NCBI GenBank assembly: GCA_027491915.1
Contig: JAOZGC010000002.1
Span: 384,001 to 448,000, forward strand
Source of the DNA: Thermoproteota archaeon
Lineage (GTDB): Archaea; Korarchaeota; Korarchaeia; Korarchaeales; Korarchaeaceae
Reading direction: 5' to 3'
Length of the DNA: 64,000 nucleotides
This document shows positions 17,747-26,945 of the stretch, piece by piece (within the stretch, counting starts at the first letter, position 1; every line of letters starts with the position of its first letter). Below the pieces are notes generated by a model, which was given only the letters and a program-made list of their open reading frames with translations, ran no database searches and was not told where the DNA came from. The translations under genes and the position numbers were made by a program.

Positions 17747-19102
17747 ATGGAGTCGATTAGGTTGACCGGGATGGGTCGGAGAGCCGTCCGGACCGGCCTG
17801 AGGTTGGCCTCGGTCGCTTGGATCTCGATCTCCATGGCGGCGACGGCGGCCGCCGTCGCCGGGGTCGGAATCGACTCGGTGGCCAGGGTCCTGACGTCCG
17901 AGTGGTACCTCGGCGTGGCCTTCTGGTTCCTCGTCCCCCTGGGGTGGCTCTCCCTCATATCCCTCCGGAGGCTAAGGCCGGGAAGGCCGGCGCTGCTGGG
18001 CGTGGACGTTCCCTGGCTCGGGGCCGCCCTGGCCCTCATGACCCTCTCGGTGCTCGCCGAGGCGGCCGCCGAGGCCGGGCCCGTGGATCCGGCGGTCTAC
18101 GTCGCGTCCACAACCGTCCCGGAGTCGCTGGGGATAGTCTCCTTCTTCACCTTCGTGGTCGACCTCTTCGAGACCTCTGGGCTGGCCCCCCGCCCCGGGA
18201 GGAGGGTCTCGCCGTTGATCCACGGAGTCGCGGCGGCGGCGATGGCCGCCCCGGCCCTGCTGGCCCTGATCTTCGCGGTCCGGTCCGGGAGGATCTCCCC
18301 CTGGGACGGAGTCGCCTTCGGCTTAGCGGCGGCCTGGCTGACCCACCTCCTGGCCAGGGCGGTCTCCGTACCGAGCGAGGCTCAGGAGGCGGCCGGTTCA
18401 GCGTGGGTGCTGGCTCTGGCGGCCCTGGCGCTCCAGCTCTCCAACCTGTGCTCTTGGTTCATCTCAGAGGCGGCCTCTCCCTCCCCCGTCTCGGGCCCGA
18501 TGGGGGTTCTCAGCGACGCAATGGACCTGATCAGCTGGACCCTGATCCCGCTGTCAGTCCTTTCCCTGGTTGGGTTCAGGGTGGAGTCCGCCGCGGCCGG
18601 GGTGGTCGAGCTGGTCGAGGTGCCCACCACGGGCCCGGTGCCGGGCGGCGTGTGGGAGAGGGCCCTCGCCCTCTCCCGGGGAGGGAGGGTGATAGTGGTG
18701 GGGAGGAGGTGGGTCCCCTGGATAGGGGCCCTGCCCCCCGGGAGGGGGGCTGCCATATACCTGACGGCCACGGTCGACTCGCCCAGGGAGCTCTCGCCCC
18801 GGGAGTTCGAGTGCCCCCCGGATCCGGAGACCCTGGCCGGCCTGGTGTCGACTCTGTCCGGGGGGTCGAGGTCGGCGGTCGTGGTGGACGACCTTTCCGA
18901 CCTGATACTCCTCTGCGGCCTGGACAAGGTTACGTCCTGCGCCCCGACCATGAGGGGACTGGCCGAGGGCGGGATATCCTTTCTGCTGCTCCTGAGGAGG
19001 GGGTCGGTGGGTCCCGGGGATCTCGCCTCCCTGAGGGAGGCGTTCGGGGGGAGGGAGTCCAAGGAGATCGCGGAGATCCGGGCGGTGGGCGATTCAAACT
19101 GA
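17747..19102 (+). CDS. Polytopic membrane protein with C-terminal DUF835/KaiC-like inactive ATPase domain
   Basis: About 8 TM segments, then a soluble domain with VVVDDLSDLILLCG; no Walker A; start uncertain. Confidence 0.6.
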   Translation: MESIRLTGMGRRAVRTGLRLASVAWISISMAATAAAVAGVGIDSVARVLTSEWYLGVAFWFLVPLGWLSLISLRRLRPGRPALLGVDVPWLGAALALMTLSVLAEAAAEAGPVDPAVYVASTTVPESLGIVSFFTFVVDLFETSGLAPRPGRRVSPLIHGVAAAAMAAPALLALIFAVRSGRISPWDGVAFGLAAAWLTHLLARAVSVPSEAQEAAGSAWVLALAALALQLSNLCSWFISEAASPSPVSGPMGVLSDAMDLISWTLIPLSVLSLVGFRVESAAAGVVELVEVPTTGPVPGGVWERALALSRGGRVIVVGRRWVPWIGALPPGRGAAIYLTATVDSPRELSPREFECPPDPETLAGLVSTLSGGSRSAVVVDDLSDLILLCGLDKVTSCAPTMRGLAEGGISFLLLLRRGSVGPGDLASLREAFGGRESKEIAEIRAVGDSN

Positions 19103-19273
19103 GTCTAGCGAGCCGGTCGGCGGATCCCCGGCCGATCTGCCCCCGAGATCGGGTCGGCGGATCGGAGCCCCGGCCCAGTCCCGGGAGGCCGGGCCCCAGG
19201 AGGTCAGATTAATATGTTGTCCTCCCCGGGCTCACGAGTCTCGGCGGCGACCGCCGGATCAGGAGGGGTAAGC

Positions 19274-20860
19274 TTGTCGGTTGGACGGGAGGAATCCGCG
19301 TCGGTCGGCGGCCATCCCGGCGAGGCGGGGTTGGCCGGGCCCCCGCTGGTCAGGATGGAGGGGATAGTGAAGAGGTTCCCTGGGGTCCTGGCCAACGACC
19401 ACGTCGACTTCGAGCTGGTGCCCGGGGAGGTGCACGCCCTGCTGGGGGAGAACGGGGCGGGCAAGACCACCCTCATGAACATCCTGTTCGGCATATACAC
19501 CCCGGACGAGGGCAGGATATACGTCAGGGGGGAGGAGGTATGGATAGGCTCCCCGAGGGACGCCATAAGGCTGGGGATAGGGATGGTCCATCAGCACTTC
19601 CTTCTGGTCGACAGGCACACCGTGGCTGAGAACGTAGCCCTCGGGTTCGCCGAGAGCCAGCTCTCCCCCCTGAGGGAGGTCAGGCGGAGGATATCTGAGT
19701 TCTCCGAGAGGTACGGCCTGAAGGTGGACCCGGACGCCTACGTGTGGCAGCTCTCCGCCGGGGAGCAGCAGAGGGTGGAGATAATCAAGGCCCTCTACGC
19801 CGGGGCGGACATCCTGATACTGGACGAGCCCACGTCCGTCCTCACCCCCCAGGAGACCAGGGAGCTCTTCGAGGTGCTGCGCAGGATGAGGGACGAGGGG
19901 AAGGGCGTGATCTTCATAACCCACAAGCTGGAGGAGGTCATGGCCGTGGCGGACAGGGTCACCGTCCTGCGCAGGGGGAAGGTGATCGGGACAGTCCCGG
20001 CCTCCGAGACGGACGAGAGGAGCCTGGCCAGGATGATGGTCGGCAGGGAGGTACTCTTCAGGCTGGAGAAGGGTGAGGTCCAGGTGGGTCCCCCGGCCCT
20101 CGAGGTCAGGGACCTCTGGGTGGTTGGGGACAGGGGGCTGGACGCCGTCAGGGGGGTCACCATGACGGTGAGGAGGGGGGAGATATACGGGATAGCCGGG
20201 GTCGCGGGGAACGGCCAGAGGGAGCTGATAGAGGCCATAGCCGGGCTGAGGAAGGTTAAGTCTGGCTCCATCCACATATCCGGGGTGGACGTGACCAACA
20301 AGAGCCCGAAGGTCATCCACGGGATGGGGGTGGCCCACGTGCCCGAGGAGAGGCTCAGGCACGGCATAGTCCCGAACCTGAGCGTGGCCGAGAACCTGGT
20401 CCTGAAGGACTACGACAGGGAGCCCTTCTCGAGGGGGGTCCTCCTGAACTACGAGGCCATAGAGAGGAACGCGGAGGACCTGGTGGAGAGGTTCGAGATA
20501 GTGACCCCGAGCATCAGGACCCCCGCGAAGCTCCTCTCGGGGGGGAACATACAGAGGCTGATATGCGCCAGGGAGTTCTCCAGGGAACCCAAGGTGATCC
20601 TGGCCGCCCACCCGACTTACGGCCTGGACGTCGGGGCCACCGAGTCCATCAGGAGGCTCCTGCTGGAGGAGAGGTCCAGGGGGGCCGCCGTCCTCCTGGT
20701 CTCCGAGGATCTGGAGGAGGTGCTGAACCTGAGCGACAGGGTCGGCGTTATGTACGGGGGGGAGATCGTCGGTGAGTTCAGGCCAGGGGAGGTCGACATG
20801 GAGGAGGTGGGCCTAATGATGGCCGGGGTCAGGAGGGGCGGATCCCAGGCGGCGGGGTGA
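19274..20860 (+). CDS. Nucleoside-type ABC transporter ATP-binding protein (tandem NBD)
   Basis: GENGAGKTT, GMVHQHF, LSAGEQQR, LILDEP, LSGGNIQR; TTG at 19274 follows SD AGGAGGGG. Confidence 0.92.
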   Translation: MSVGREESASVGGHPGEAGLAGPPLVRMEGIVKRFPGVLANDHVDFELVPGEVHALLGENGAGKTTLMNILFGIYTPDEGRIYVRGEEVWIGSPRDAIRLGIGMVHQHFLLVDRHTVAENVALGFAESQLSPLREVRRRISEFSERYGLKVDPDAYVWQLSAGEQQRVEIIKALYAGADILILDEPTSVLTPQETRELFEVLRRMRDEGKGVIFITHKLEEVMAVADRVTVLRRGKVIGTVPASETDERSLARMMVGREVLFRLEKGEVQVGPPALEVRDLWVVGDRGLDAVRGVTMTVRRGEIYGIAGVAGNGQRELIEAIAGLRKVKSGSIHISGVDVTNKSPKVIHGMGVAHVPEERLRHGIVPNLSVAENLVLKDYDREPFSRGVLLNYEAIERNAEDLVERFEIVTPSIRTPAKLLSGGNIQRLICAREFSREPKVILAAHPTYGLDVGATESIRRLLLEERSRGAAVLLVSEDLEEVLNLSDRVGVMYGGEIVGEFRPGEVDMEEVGLMMAGVRRGGSQAAG

Positions 20861-20864
20861 CCTC

Positions 20865-21941
20865 ATGAGGCTGGTGGTGGAGAAGAGGACCGTCGCGTCC
20901 AGGAGGTTCTCGGTCGCCGTCAGGGTTGCTTCGGTGGCCGCGGCCCTGCTCACCATGGCCGCCGTCTTCGCCGGGTACGGCCTGGACCCGGTAAGGGTGT
21001 ACGGCGGCATATTCTCCAAGGCCTTCGGAACGCCGGTGGGACTCGCCGAGACCGTGGTCAGGATGATCCCCCTCCTGCTGATAAGCTCCGGGCTCGCCCT
21101 GGTGTTCAAGGCCCAGTTCTGGAATATAGGGGCGGAGGGCCAGTTCCTGGCCGGGGCCATGGCCGCCTTCGTGGTGGCCACCTCCCTCCCGGACCTGCCC
21201 CCCCACCTGCTGATCCCCCTCATGTTCGCCGTCGGGTTCCTGGCCGGGGCCGCCTGGGGGGTGCCGACCGCCTTCATGAGGGCGAAGCTGAACGTCAACG
21301 AGGTGATAACCACCCTGATGTTCACCTACATACTCGACTGGATCTTCCAGTGGACCCTCTCCGGCCCGTGGAAGGCCAGGGAGACCGTCGGCCAGCTGAC
21401 CTACTCGGGTTTCAGGCACTCCGTCGTCATAACCGAGAACGCCTGGCTCCCCCTGATAGAGGGGACCAGGGTCCACTGGCCCACCCTCGCCCTGGCCGTG
21501 GCGGCCGCGATCGCGGCCTACCTCGTCGTCTCCAGGACCACCTTCGGGTACGAGCTCAGGGTCGTCGGGGACAACCCGGAGGCGGCCCGGGCGGCCGGAA
21601 TAAGCTACTCCAAGGTGGTCTCGGTGGGCATGATCATAAGCGGCGGGCTGGCGGGCATGGCGGGGGTCGGGGAACTGGCGGGGATCCAGCACAGGTTCAC
21701 GGCCGAGTTCCTGACGGGCTACGGGTACGATGCGATAATAACGGCTTGGCTCGGTGGGATGAACCCCGTCGGGCTCCTGGTGGCCAACTTCCTCTTGGGG
21801 GGCCTGGTGGTCGGGGGGGACTACCTCCAGATCAAGTTCAGGCTCCCGGGGGGGATGATCGACATGTTCAACGGCACGATCCTGTTCTTCGTGCTGGCCT
21901 TCGAGTTCCTCCTCAGGTACAGGATCAGGATAAGGAGGTGA
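20865..21941 (+). CDS. Nucleoside ABC transporter permease 1
   Basis: WNIGAEGQ, VNEVITTLM, TTFGYELRVVGDNPEAARAAGI. Confidence 0.9.
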   Translation: MRLVVEKRTVASRRFSVAVRVASVAAALLTMAAVFAGYGLDPVRVYGGIFSKAFGTPVGLAETVVRMIPLLLISSGLALVFKAQFWNIGAEGQFLAGAMAAFVVATSLPDLPPHLLIPLMFAVGFLAGAAWGVPTAFMRAKLNVNEVITTLMFTYILDWIFQWTLSGPWKARETVGQLTYSGFRHSVVITENAWLPLIEGTRVHWPTLALAVAAAIAAYLVVSRTTFGYELRVVGDNPEAARAAGISYSKVVSVGMIISGGLAGMAGVGELAGIQHRFTAEFLTGYGYDAIITAWLGGMNPVGLLVANFLLGGLVVGGDYLQIKFRLPGGMIDMFNGTILFFVLAFEFLLRYRIRIRR

Positions 21942-21949
21942 CCCCGTAG

Positions 21950-22885
21950 ATGCAGGCGGAGCTGATATCCAGCGTCCTCTGGATCGGGTTGAGGTCCGGC
22001 ACCCCCCTCCTGCTGGCCACCGTGGGGGAGATATACGCCGAGAGGTCCGGGATCCTCAACCTCGGGATAGAGGGGATGATGATAATAGGGGCCTTCACCG
22101 CCTTCGCGGTGGGCCAGGCGACCTCCAGCCCTTGGCTGGCCATGGCGGCCGCCGCCGCGGCCGGGCTGGCCGCCTCCCTAATACACGCCTTCATCAGCAT
22201 CCACCTCAGGGGGAACCAGGTGGTCTCGGGGCTGGCCCTGACCATGTTCGGCCTCGGGCTCACCAGCGTGGCCGGCGGGACCTTCGTCGGCGCGGCCCTC
22301 CCCAGGGAGGCCAGGATAATCCCATCCCCCCTGAGCGAGGAGCTGGCCGCCATCCCCGTGATCGGGAAGGCCCTGTTCGACCAGGATCCCTTTCTGTATC
22401 TCAGCATCCTGATATCGGTCCTGCTGTGGTTCGTCCTCTACAAGACGAAGTTGGGCATAGTGATCAGGTCCGTGGGTGAGAATCCGGCCGCCGCCGACGC
22501 CCTCGGGGTCAACGTATACGCGGTCAGGTACGCGTGCACGGCGCTGGGGGGGGCCCTGGCCGGCATGGCCGGATCATACATCACCCTCTCCCTGAGGCCC
22601 GGGTGGGTAGAGAACATCACGGCCGGCAGGGGTTGGATAGCGGTGGCCCTGACGATCTTCGCCCTCTGGGACCCCCTCAAGGCCATAGCCGGGTCCTACC
22701 TATTCGGGATAGTGGAGGCCGGGACCTACAACCTCCAACCCCTGGGTTTCAGTCAGTGGCTCCTCAACGCCATACCTTACGTCCTCACGGTCGTCATACT
22801 AGTTGCGGGCGCCACCGAAACCATGAGAAAGAAGATGGGAGCTCCAGCGGCCCTCGGCGTCCCTTACGTTAGGGGAGAGAAGTGA
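21950..22885 (+). CDS. Nucleoside ABC transporter permease 2
   Basis: ERSGILNLGIEGMM, NQVVSG, GENPAAADALGVNV, GRGWIAVA, APAALGVPY. Confidence 0.9.
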   Translation: MQAELISSVLWIGLRSGTPLLLATVGEIYAERSGILNLGIEGMMIIGAFTAFAVGQATSSPWLAMAAAAAAGLAASLIHAFISIHLRGNQVVSGLALTMFGLGLTSVAGGTFVGAALPREARIIPSPLSEELAAIPVIGKALFDQDPFLYLSILISVLLWFVLYKTKLGIVIRSVGENPAAADALGVNVYAVRYACTALGGALAGMAGSYITLSLRPGWVENITAGRGWIAVALTIFALWDPLKAIAGSYLFGIVEAGTYNLQPLGFSQWLLNAIPYVLTVVILVAGATETMRKKMGAPAALGVPYVRGEK

Positions 22886-22998
22886 TGGACGAGACGGGAC
22901 CGCTCCTCAAAGATCCTCAAGTATAGTTCACGCATTTGACTCAGACGATCTCCGCCCCGCGACCTGACGCCGAGCCCTGAGTGTCACCTTGAGAAACG

Positions 22999-23029
22999 TT
23001 TATTGGTATTCCCCTCCCGGGAGAATACC
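22999..23029 (+). promoter_or_regulatory. Internal promoter of the binding-protein gene with an inverted repeat
   Basis: TTTATTGG followed by GGTATTC-N11-GAATACC (23005-23029). Confidence 0.45.
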
Positions 23030-23048
23030 CCATCGAGGGTGAGACAGA

Positions 23049-24344
23049 ATGAGCTCGACCCAGTGGGCGGCGATAGCCCTCATCCTGTTCGTGGTGGGGG
23101 TGGGCATAGGCTACATGGCGGCCCCCAAGGGGGCCGCGCCGGCCCAGTGCCCCCCGTGCGAGTGCCCGCCGTGCCAGCCGCAGGCCGCCCCCCAGTATAA
23201 GGCGGCTTTCATATACATAGGGCCCATAGGGGACTACGGCTGGACCCACGAGCACGAGATGGCCAGGAGGGCCGTCCAGGAGATGTTCCCGTGGCTCAAC
23301 ACCACCTACATAGAGTCCGTCCCCCCCGACCAGGCCGAGGGCAAGATGGAGGAGCTGATCTCCGAGGGGTACAACATCATATTCACCACCAGCTTCGACT
23401 ACATGGATCCGACCATAAACGAGGCCAAGAAGCACTCTGACGTGTTCTTCTTCCACTGCTCCGGATACAAGCGCTGGAAGAACTCCGGCACCTACTTCGC
23501 GGACTTCTATCAGCTCTACTACCTAAACGGCCTCATGGCCGGCGCCCTGACCCGCACCGGGAAGGTCGGCTACGTGGCCGCCTTCACCATACCGGAGGTC
23601 GTCAGGCACATCAACGCCTTCGCCATAGGGGTCCACGAGGTCAACCCGGACGCCGTGGTCCTGGTGAGGGAGATAGGGGCCTGGTACAACCCGGACCTGG
23701 CGGCGGACGCGGCCGAGTCCCTGATCTCAGAGGGAGTCGACGTCCTGGCCTTCACCGAGGACTCCCCGACCGTACTGCAGGTGGCCCAGCAGCACCACGA
23801 CAGGGGTGAGAGGGTGCTGGCCTTCGGCCACTACAGCCCGATGAAGCAGTACGGGCCGGACGTGTGCGTCAGCGGTCAGATAGCGCACTGGGACAGGATA
23901 CTGGAGGACATACTGGCCAAGATATACTCCGGAGTCTACACCACCCAGAACCTGGAGAACGTCGACTACTGGTGGAAGCTAAAGGAGGGCGCCGTCGAGC
24001 TCGGGTGCGCCGACAACGAGCCCATCAACCCGATATTCATAGACGAGCTCAGGCAGGTCCACGTCAACGAGACCGTCCTCCTTCCCAACGGGACGGTGCT
24101 GGAGAACCCCGACGTCTACAAGCTGGTCATGGCCAGGATGATACAGATGGGCGTGGTCTGGCACCCGGACACCGGCACCTACACCTTCACCAACGACGAG
24201 TGCTTCGACCCGTTCACCGGTCCACTCTACGACAACCAGGGTCACCTGATGGCCCCGGAGGGTCAGAGGCTCGGGCACGACGCCCTGTGGACCATGCAGT
24301 GGTGGTACCAGAACGTGCAGGGACCGCCCCTAGGGGGAGGATGA
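23049..24344 (+). CDS. BMP/PnrA-family substrate-binding protein (purine/nucleoside)
   Basis: N-terminal TM anchor; GPIGDYGWT, IFTTSFDYM, HCSGYK, IPEVVRHINAFAIG. Confidence 0.9.
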   Translation: MSSTQWAAIALILFVVGVGIGYMAAPKGAAPAQCPPCECPPCQPQAAPQYKAAFIYIGPIGDYGWTHEHEMARRAVQEMFPWLNTTYIESVPPDQAEGKMEELISEGYNIIFTTSFDYMDPTINEAKKHSDVFFFHCSGYKRWKNSGTYFADFYQLYYLNGLMAGALTRTGKVGYVAAFTIPEVVRHINAFAIGVHEVNPDAVVLVREIGAWYNPDLAADAAESLISEGVDVLAFTEDSPTVLQVAQQHHDRGERVLAFGHYSPMKQYGPDVCVSGQIAHWDRILEDILAKIYSGVYTTQNLENVDYWWKLKEGAVELGCADNEPINPIFIDELRQVHVNETVLLPNGTVLENPDVYKLVMARMIQMGVVWHPDTGTYTFTNDECFDPFTGPLYDNQGHLMAPEGQRLGHDALWTMQWWYQNVQGPPLGGG

Positions 24345-24370
24345 CCTACCCTCCCCTCCCTCCCTTTTTT
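24345..24370 (+). terminator. Pyrimidine-rich oligo-T terminator
   Basis: CCTACCCTCCCCTCCTCCCTTTTTT directly after the stop codon. Confidence 0.5.
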
Positions 24371-24539
24371 GGTTAACACGTTATCCGCTTCGGAGTTCGA
24401 TCCCCTCGAGCGACCCCTCTCGGCCTCAAGTTAGACCTGAGAACCTTGGTAGGTCTGAATTCGTTGATCCGGAAAGTTTTATTTGAACCGCCCTCGCATT
24501 CTGCGGTTTCCGCCCGATCAGACCGAGCGGGGTGTCCGG

Positions 24540-25037
24540 ATGCCTGCTGTCGATAGGATACTCGTGGTCGATCCCGAGAGGTGCACGGGGTGCAGGATCT
24601 GCGAGGCGGCCTGCTCCTACCAGCACTACGGGGAGTTCAACCCCCGCAGGTCCTACATCACCGTGCTGAAGAGGGAGTCCGACGGTCTCTTCGTCCCCAT
24701 GGTCTGCCAGCACTGCGCCAAGCCGCTCTGCGTGGAGGCCTGCCCGACGGGGGCCCTCTACCAGTATGGGAGCGCCGTCTTCCTGGACAAGTCGAAGTGC
24801 ATAGAGTGCAGGCAGTGCGTCAACGCCTGCCCCTTCGGGGGGGTGGGCATAGACCCCGTCACCTTGCAGGTGGTGAAGTGCGACCTCTGCGGCGGGGACC
24901 CCCAGTGCGCCAGGAGGTGCCCCACCGGGGCGATATCCTACGTCAGGGCCGACCTGGTAGGGTACCGCAGGAAGCTCGAGGGGGCCGAGCGCCTGTCGAG
25001 GCTGACGAGCCTGATAGTCCCCTCGGGAGGTGGGTGA
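24540..25037 (+). CDS. 4x[4Fe-4S] small subunit 1 (DmsB/HydN/Wor-S type)
   Basis: CTGCRICEAAC, CQHCAKPLCVEACP, CIECRQCVNACP, KCDLCGGDPQCARRCP; overlaps the next gene by 8 nt. Confidence 0.9.
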   Translation: MPAVDRILVVDPERCTGCRICEAACSYQHYGEFNPRRSYITVLKRESDGLFVPMVCQHCAKPLCVEACPTGALYQYGSAVFLDKSKCIECRQCVNACPFGGVGIDPVTLQVVKCDLCGGDPQCARRCPTGAISYVRADLVGYRRKLEGAERLSRLTSLIVPSGGG

Positions 25038-26940
25038 GTTGAGGTACGGGGGGTACGCCGGCAGGTACATCAGGGTCGACCTGAGCAGCGGCTCCATCGG
25101 GGTGCTGGAGACCCCGGAGTCCCTGGCCAGGGACTACGTGGGCGGCCTGGGTTTCGGGGTGAGGCTGCTCTGGGACGAGGTGGACGAGCGGACCGACCCC
25201 CTGGGGCCGGACAACAGGCTGGTTATAGCCACCGGCCCGCTCACTGGAACCCTCTTCCCGGCCGCCGGGCGCTACCAGATGGCGGCCAAGTCCCCCCTAA
25301 CCGGCATCTGGGGGCAGTCCAACTCCGGCGGGTTCTTCGGCCCGGAGCTGAAGTTCGCGGGGTACGACATGGTGGTGATCCAGGGCAGGTCCGAGAGGCC
25401 TGTCTACCTGGTGATAGACGACGACGAGGTCAGGCTGGCCGACGCGTCCCACGTCTGGGGCAAGACCACCTTCGAGACCACGGACATCGTCAGGGAGGAC
25501 CTGGGAGACGAGACCTTCAAGGTGATGGCCATAGGTCCGGCGGGCGAGAACCTGGTCAGATTCGCGGCCGTCATAAACGACGCCGGCAACGCCGGCGGCA
25601 GGACCGGCATGGGGGCCGTGATGGGATCCAAGAAGCTCAAGGCCATAGCAGTCAGGGGGTCGAGGGGGGTCAGGGTGGCCGACGACGGGGCCTTCATGGA
25701 GGTGGTGGACGAGGCCTACGAGAAGCTCCAGGTCGAGTGGGGGGAGGCGGTTAGGGAGACCCTGACTAAGTACGGCACCCCAAACCTGGTGGAGGCCATA
25801 AACGCCATAGGCAGGATGCCCGTCAAGAACCACTGGACGGGGTACTGGGAGAGGGCCGACGAGATAGGCGGGGTGGCCATAAGGGAGAGGTACAGGGTCA
25901 AGCAGGGGTCCTGCTACGGATGCCTGGTCCAGTGCAAGTACTACGTGGAGGTCAGGGAGGGACCCTTCGCCGGCAGGTACAAGGGACCCGAGTACGAGGC
26001 CATAGTCTCGTTCGGCTCGTCCCTCCTGATAGACGACCTGCCGGCCATATTCCGCGCCAACCACCTGGCCGACGCCCTCGGGATGGACTCAATATCCCTG
26101 GGGATGACCATAGCCTGGGCCATGGAGTCCTGGGAGAGGGGCCTCCTGACGGCGGAGGACACCGGCGGTCTGGACCTCTCGTGGGGGAACGCGGACTCGG
26201 TGATCGAGCTCATCGAGAAGACGGCCTACAGGGAGGGATTCGGCGGCGTCATAGCGGAGGGAAGCAGGAGGGCCTCCCAGATCATAGGTAGGGGAACCGA
26301 GAAGTACGCCATGCACGTGAAGGGGCTCGAGATATCGGCGCAGGACGGCAGGGCCCACCAGAGCTCCGGCCTGACCCACGCCACCGCCGCCAGGGGGGCG
26401 GACCACCTGACCTCCCTGTCCTGCCTGGAGGAGAGGGGGTACGAGCGGGTGGCCGCCGAGAGGTACGGGGAGGACAAGGTCCGGGAGCTGACCGATCCCC
26501 TGGAGACCAAATACAAGGGGTGGCTGGTCAAGGACCTGGAGGACCTGTACGCCATGGGGAACTCCCTCATAATCTGCTGGTACGAGGTGGGCTGGCCCCC
26601 GGTCTTCTACTTCGACGACATGGCCAGGGCCCTGGCCGCGGCCACCGGGATGGAGGAGTACCGAGATCCAAGGGCGATAAGGATAGCCGCCGAGAGGATA
26701 GTCACCCTGAGGAGGATGTTCAACGTGAGGGAGGGACTCAGGAGGAAGGACGACACCCTGCCCGAGAGGTTCCTCAGGGAGCCCATGCCGACGGGCCCGG
26801 CCAGGGGGAACGTGTGCAGGCTGGACGAGATGCTCGACGACTACTACAGGGCCAGGGGCTGCGATCCGGAGACCGGCGTGCCCACCGACGAAACCCTGAG
26901 GAGGCTGGGGCTGGGAGACCTGGCCGGGAGGTGGAGGTGA
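25030..26940 (+). CDS. AOR-family tungstopterin oxidoreductase large subunit, paralog A
   Basis: KSPLTG, IGPAGENL, GRTGMGAVMGSK, CYGCLVQC, GPEYE, QDGR, RGADH. Confidence 0.92.
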   Translation: MGELRYGGYAGRYIRVDLSSGSIGVLETPESLARDYVGGLGFGVRLLWDEVDERTDPLGPDNRLVIATGPLTGTLFPAAGRYQMAAKSPLTGIWGQSNSGGFFGPELKFAGYDMVVIQGRSERPVYLVIDDDEVRLADASHVWGKTTFETTDIVREDLGDETFKVMAIGPAGENLVRFAAVINDAGNAGGRTGMGAVMGSKKLKAIAVRGSRGVRVADDGAFMEVVDEAYEKLQVEWGEAVRETLTKYGTPNLVEAINAIGRMPVKNHWTGYWERADEIGGVAIRERYRVKQGSCYGCLVQCKYYVEVREGPFAGRYKGPEYEAIVSFGSSLLIDDLPAIFRANHLADALGMDSISLGMTIAWAMESWERGLLTAEDTGGLDLSWGNADSVIELIEKTAYREGFGGVIAEGSRRASQIIGRGTEKYAMHVKGLEISAQDGRAHQSSGLTHATAARGADHLTSLSCLEERGYERVAAERYGEDKVRELTDPLETKYKGWLVKDLEDLYAMGNSLIICWYEVGWPPVFYFDDMARALAAATGMEEYRDPRAIRIAAERIVTLRRMFNVREGLRRKDDTLPERFLREPMPTGPARGNVCRLDEMLDDYYRARGCDPETGVPTDETLRRLGLGDLAGRWR

Positions 26941-26945
26941 TCCGG

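Noticed and set aside
24391-24415. tRNA T-loop-like GTTCGATCCC as a tRNA fragment or att site
   Set aside because: The T-stem does not pair, there is no cloverleaf, and no integrase is nearby
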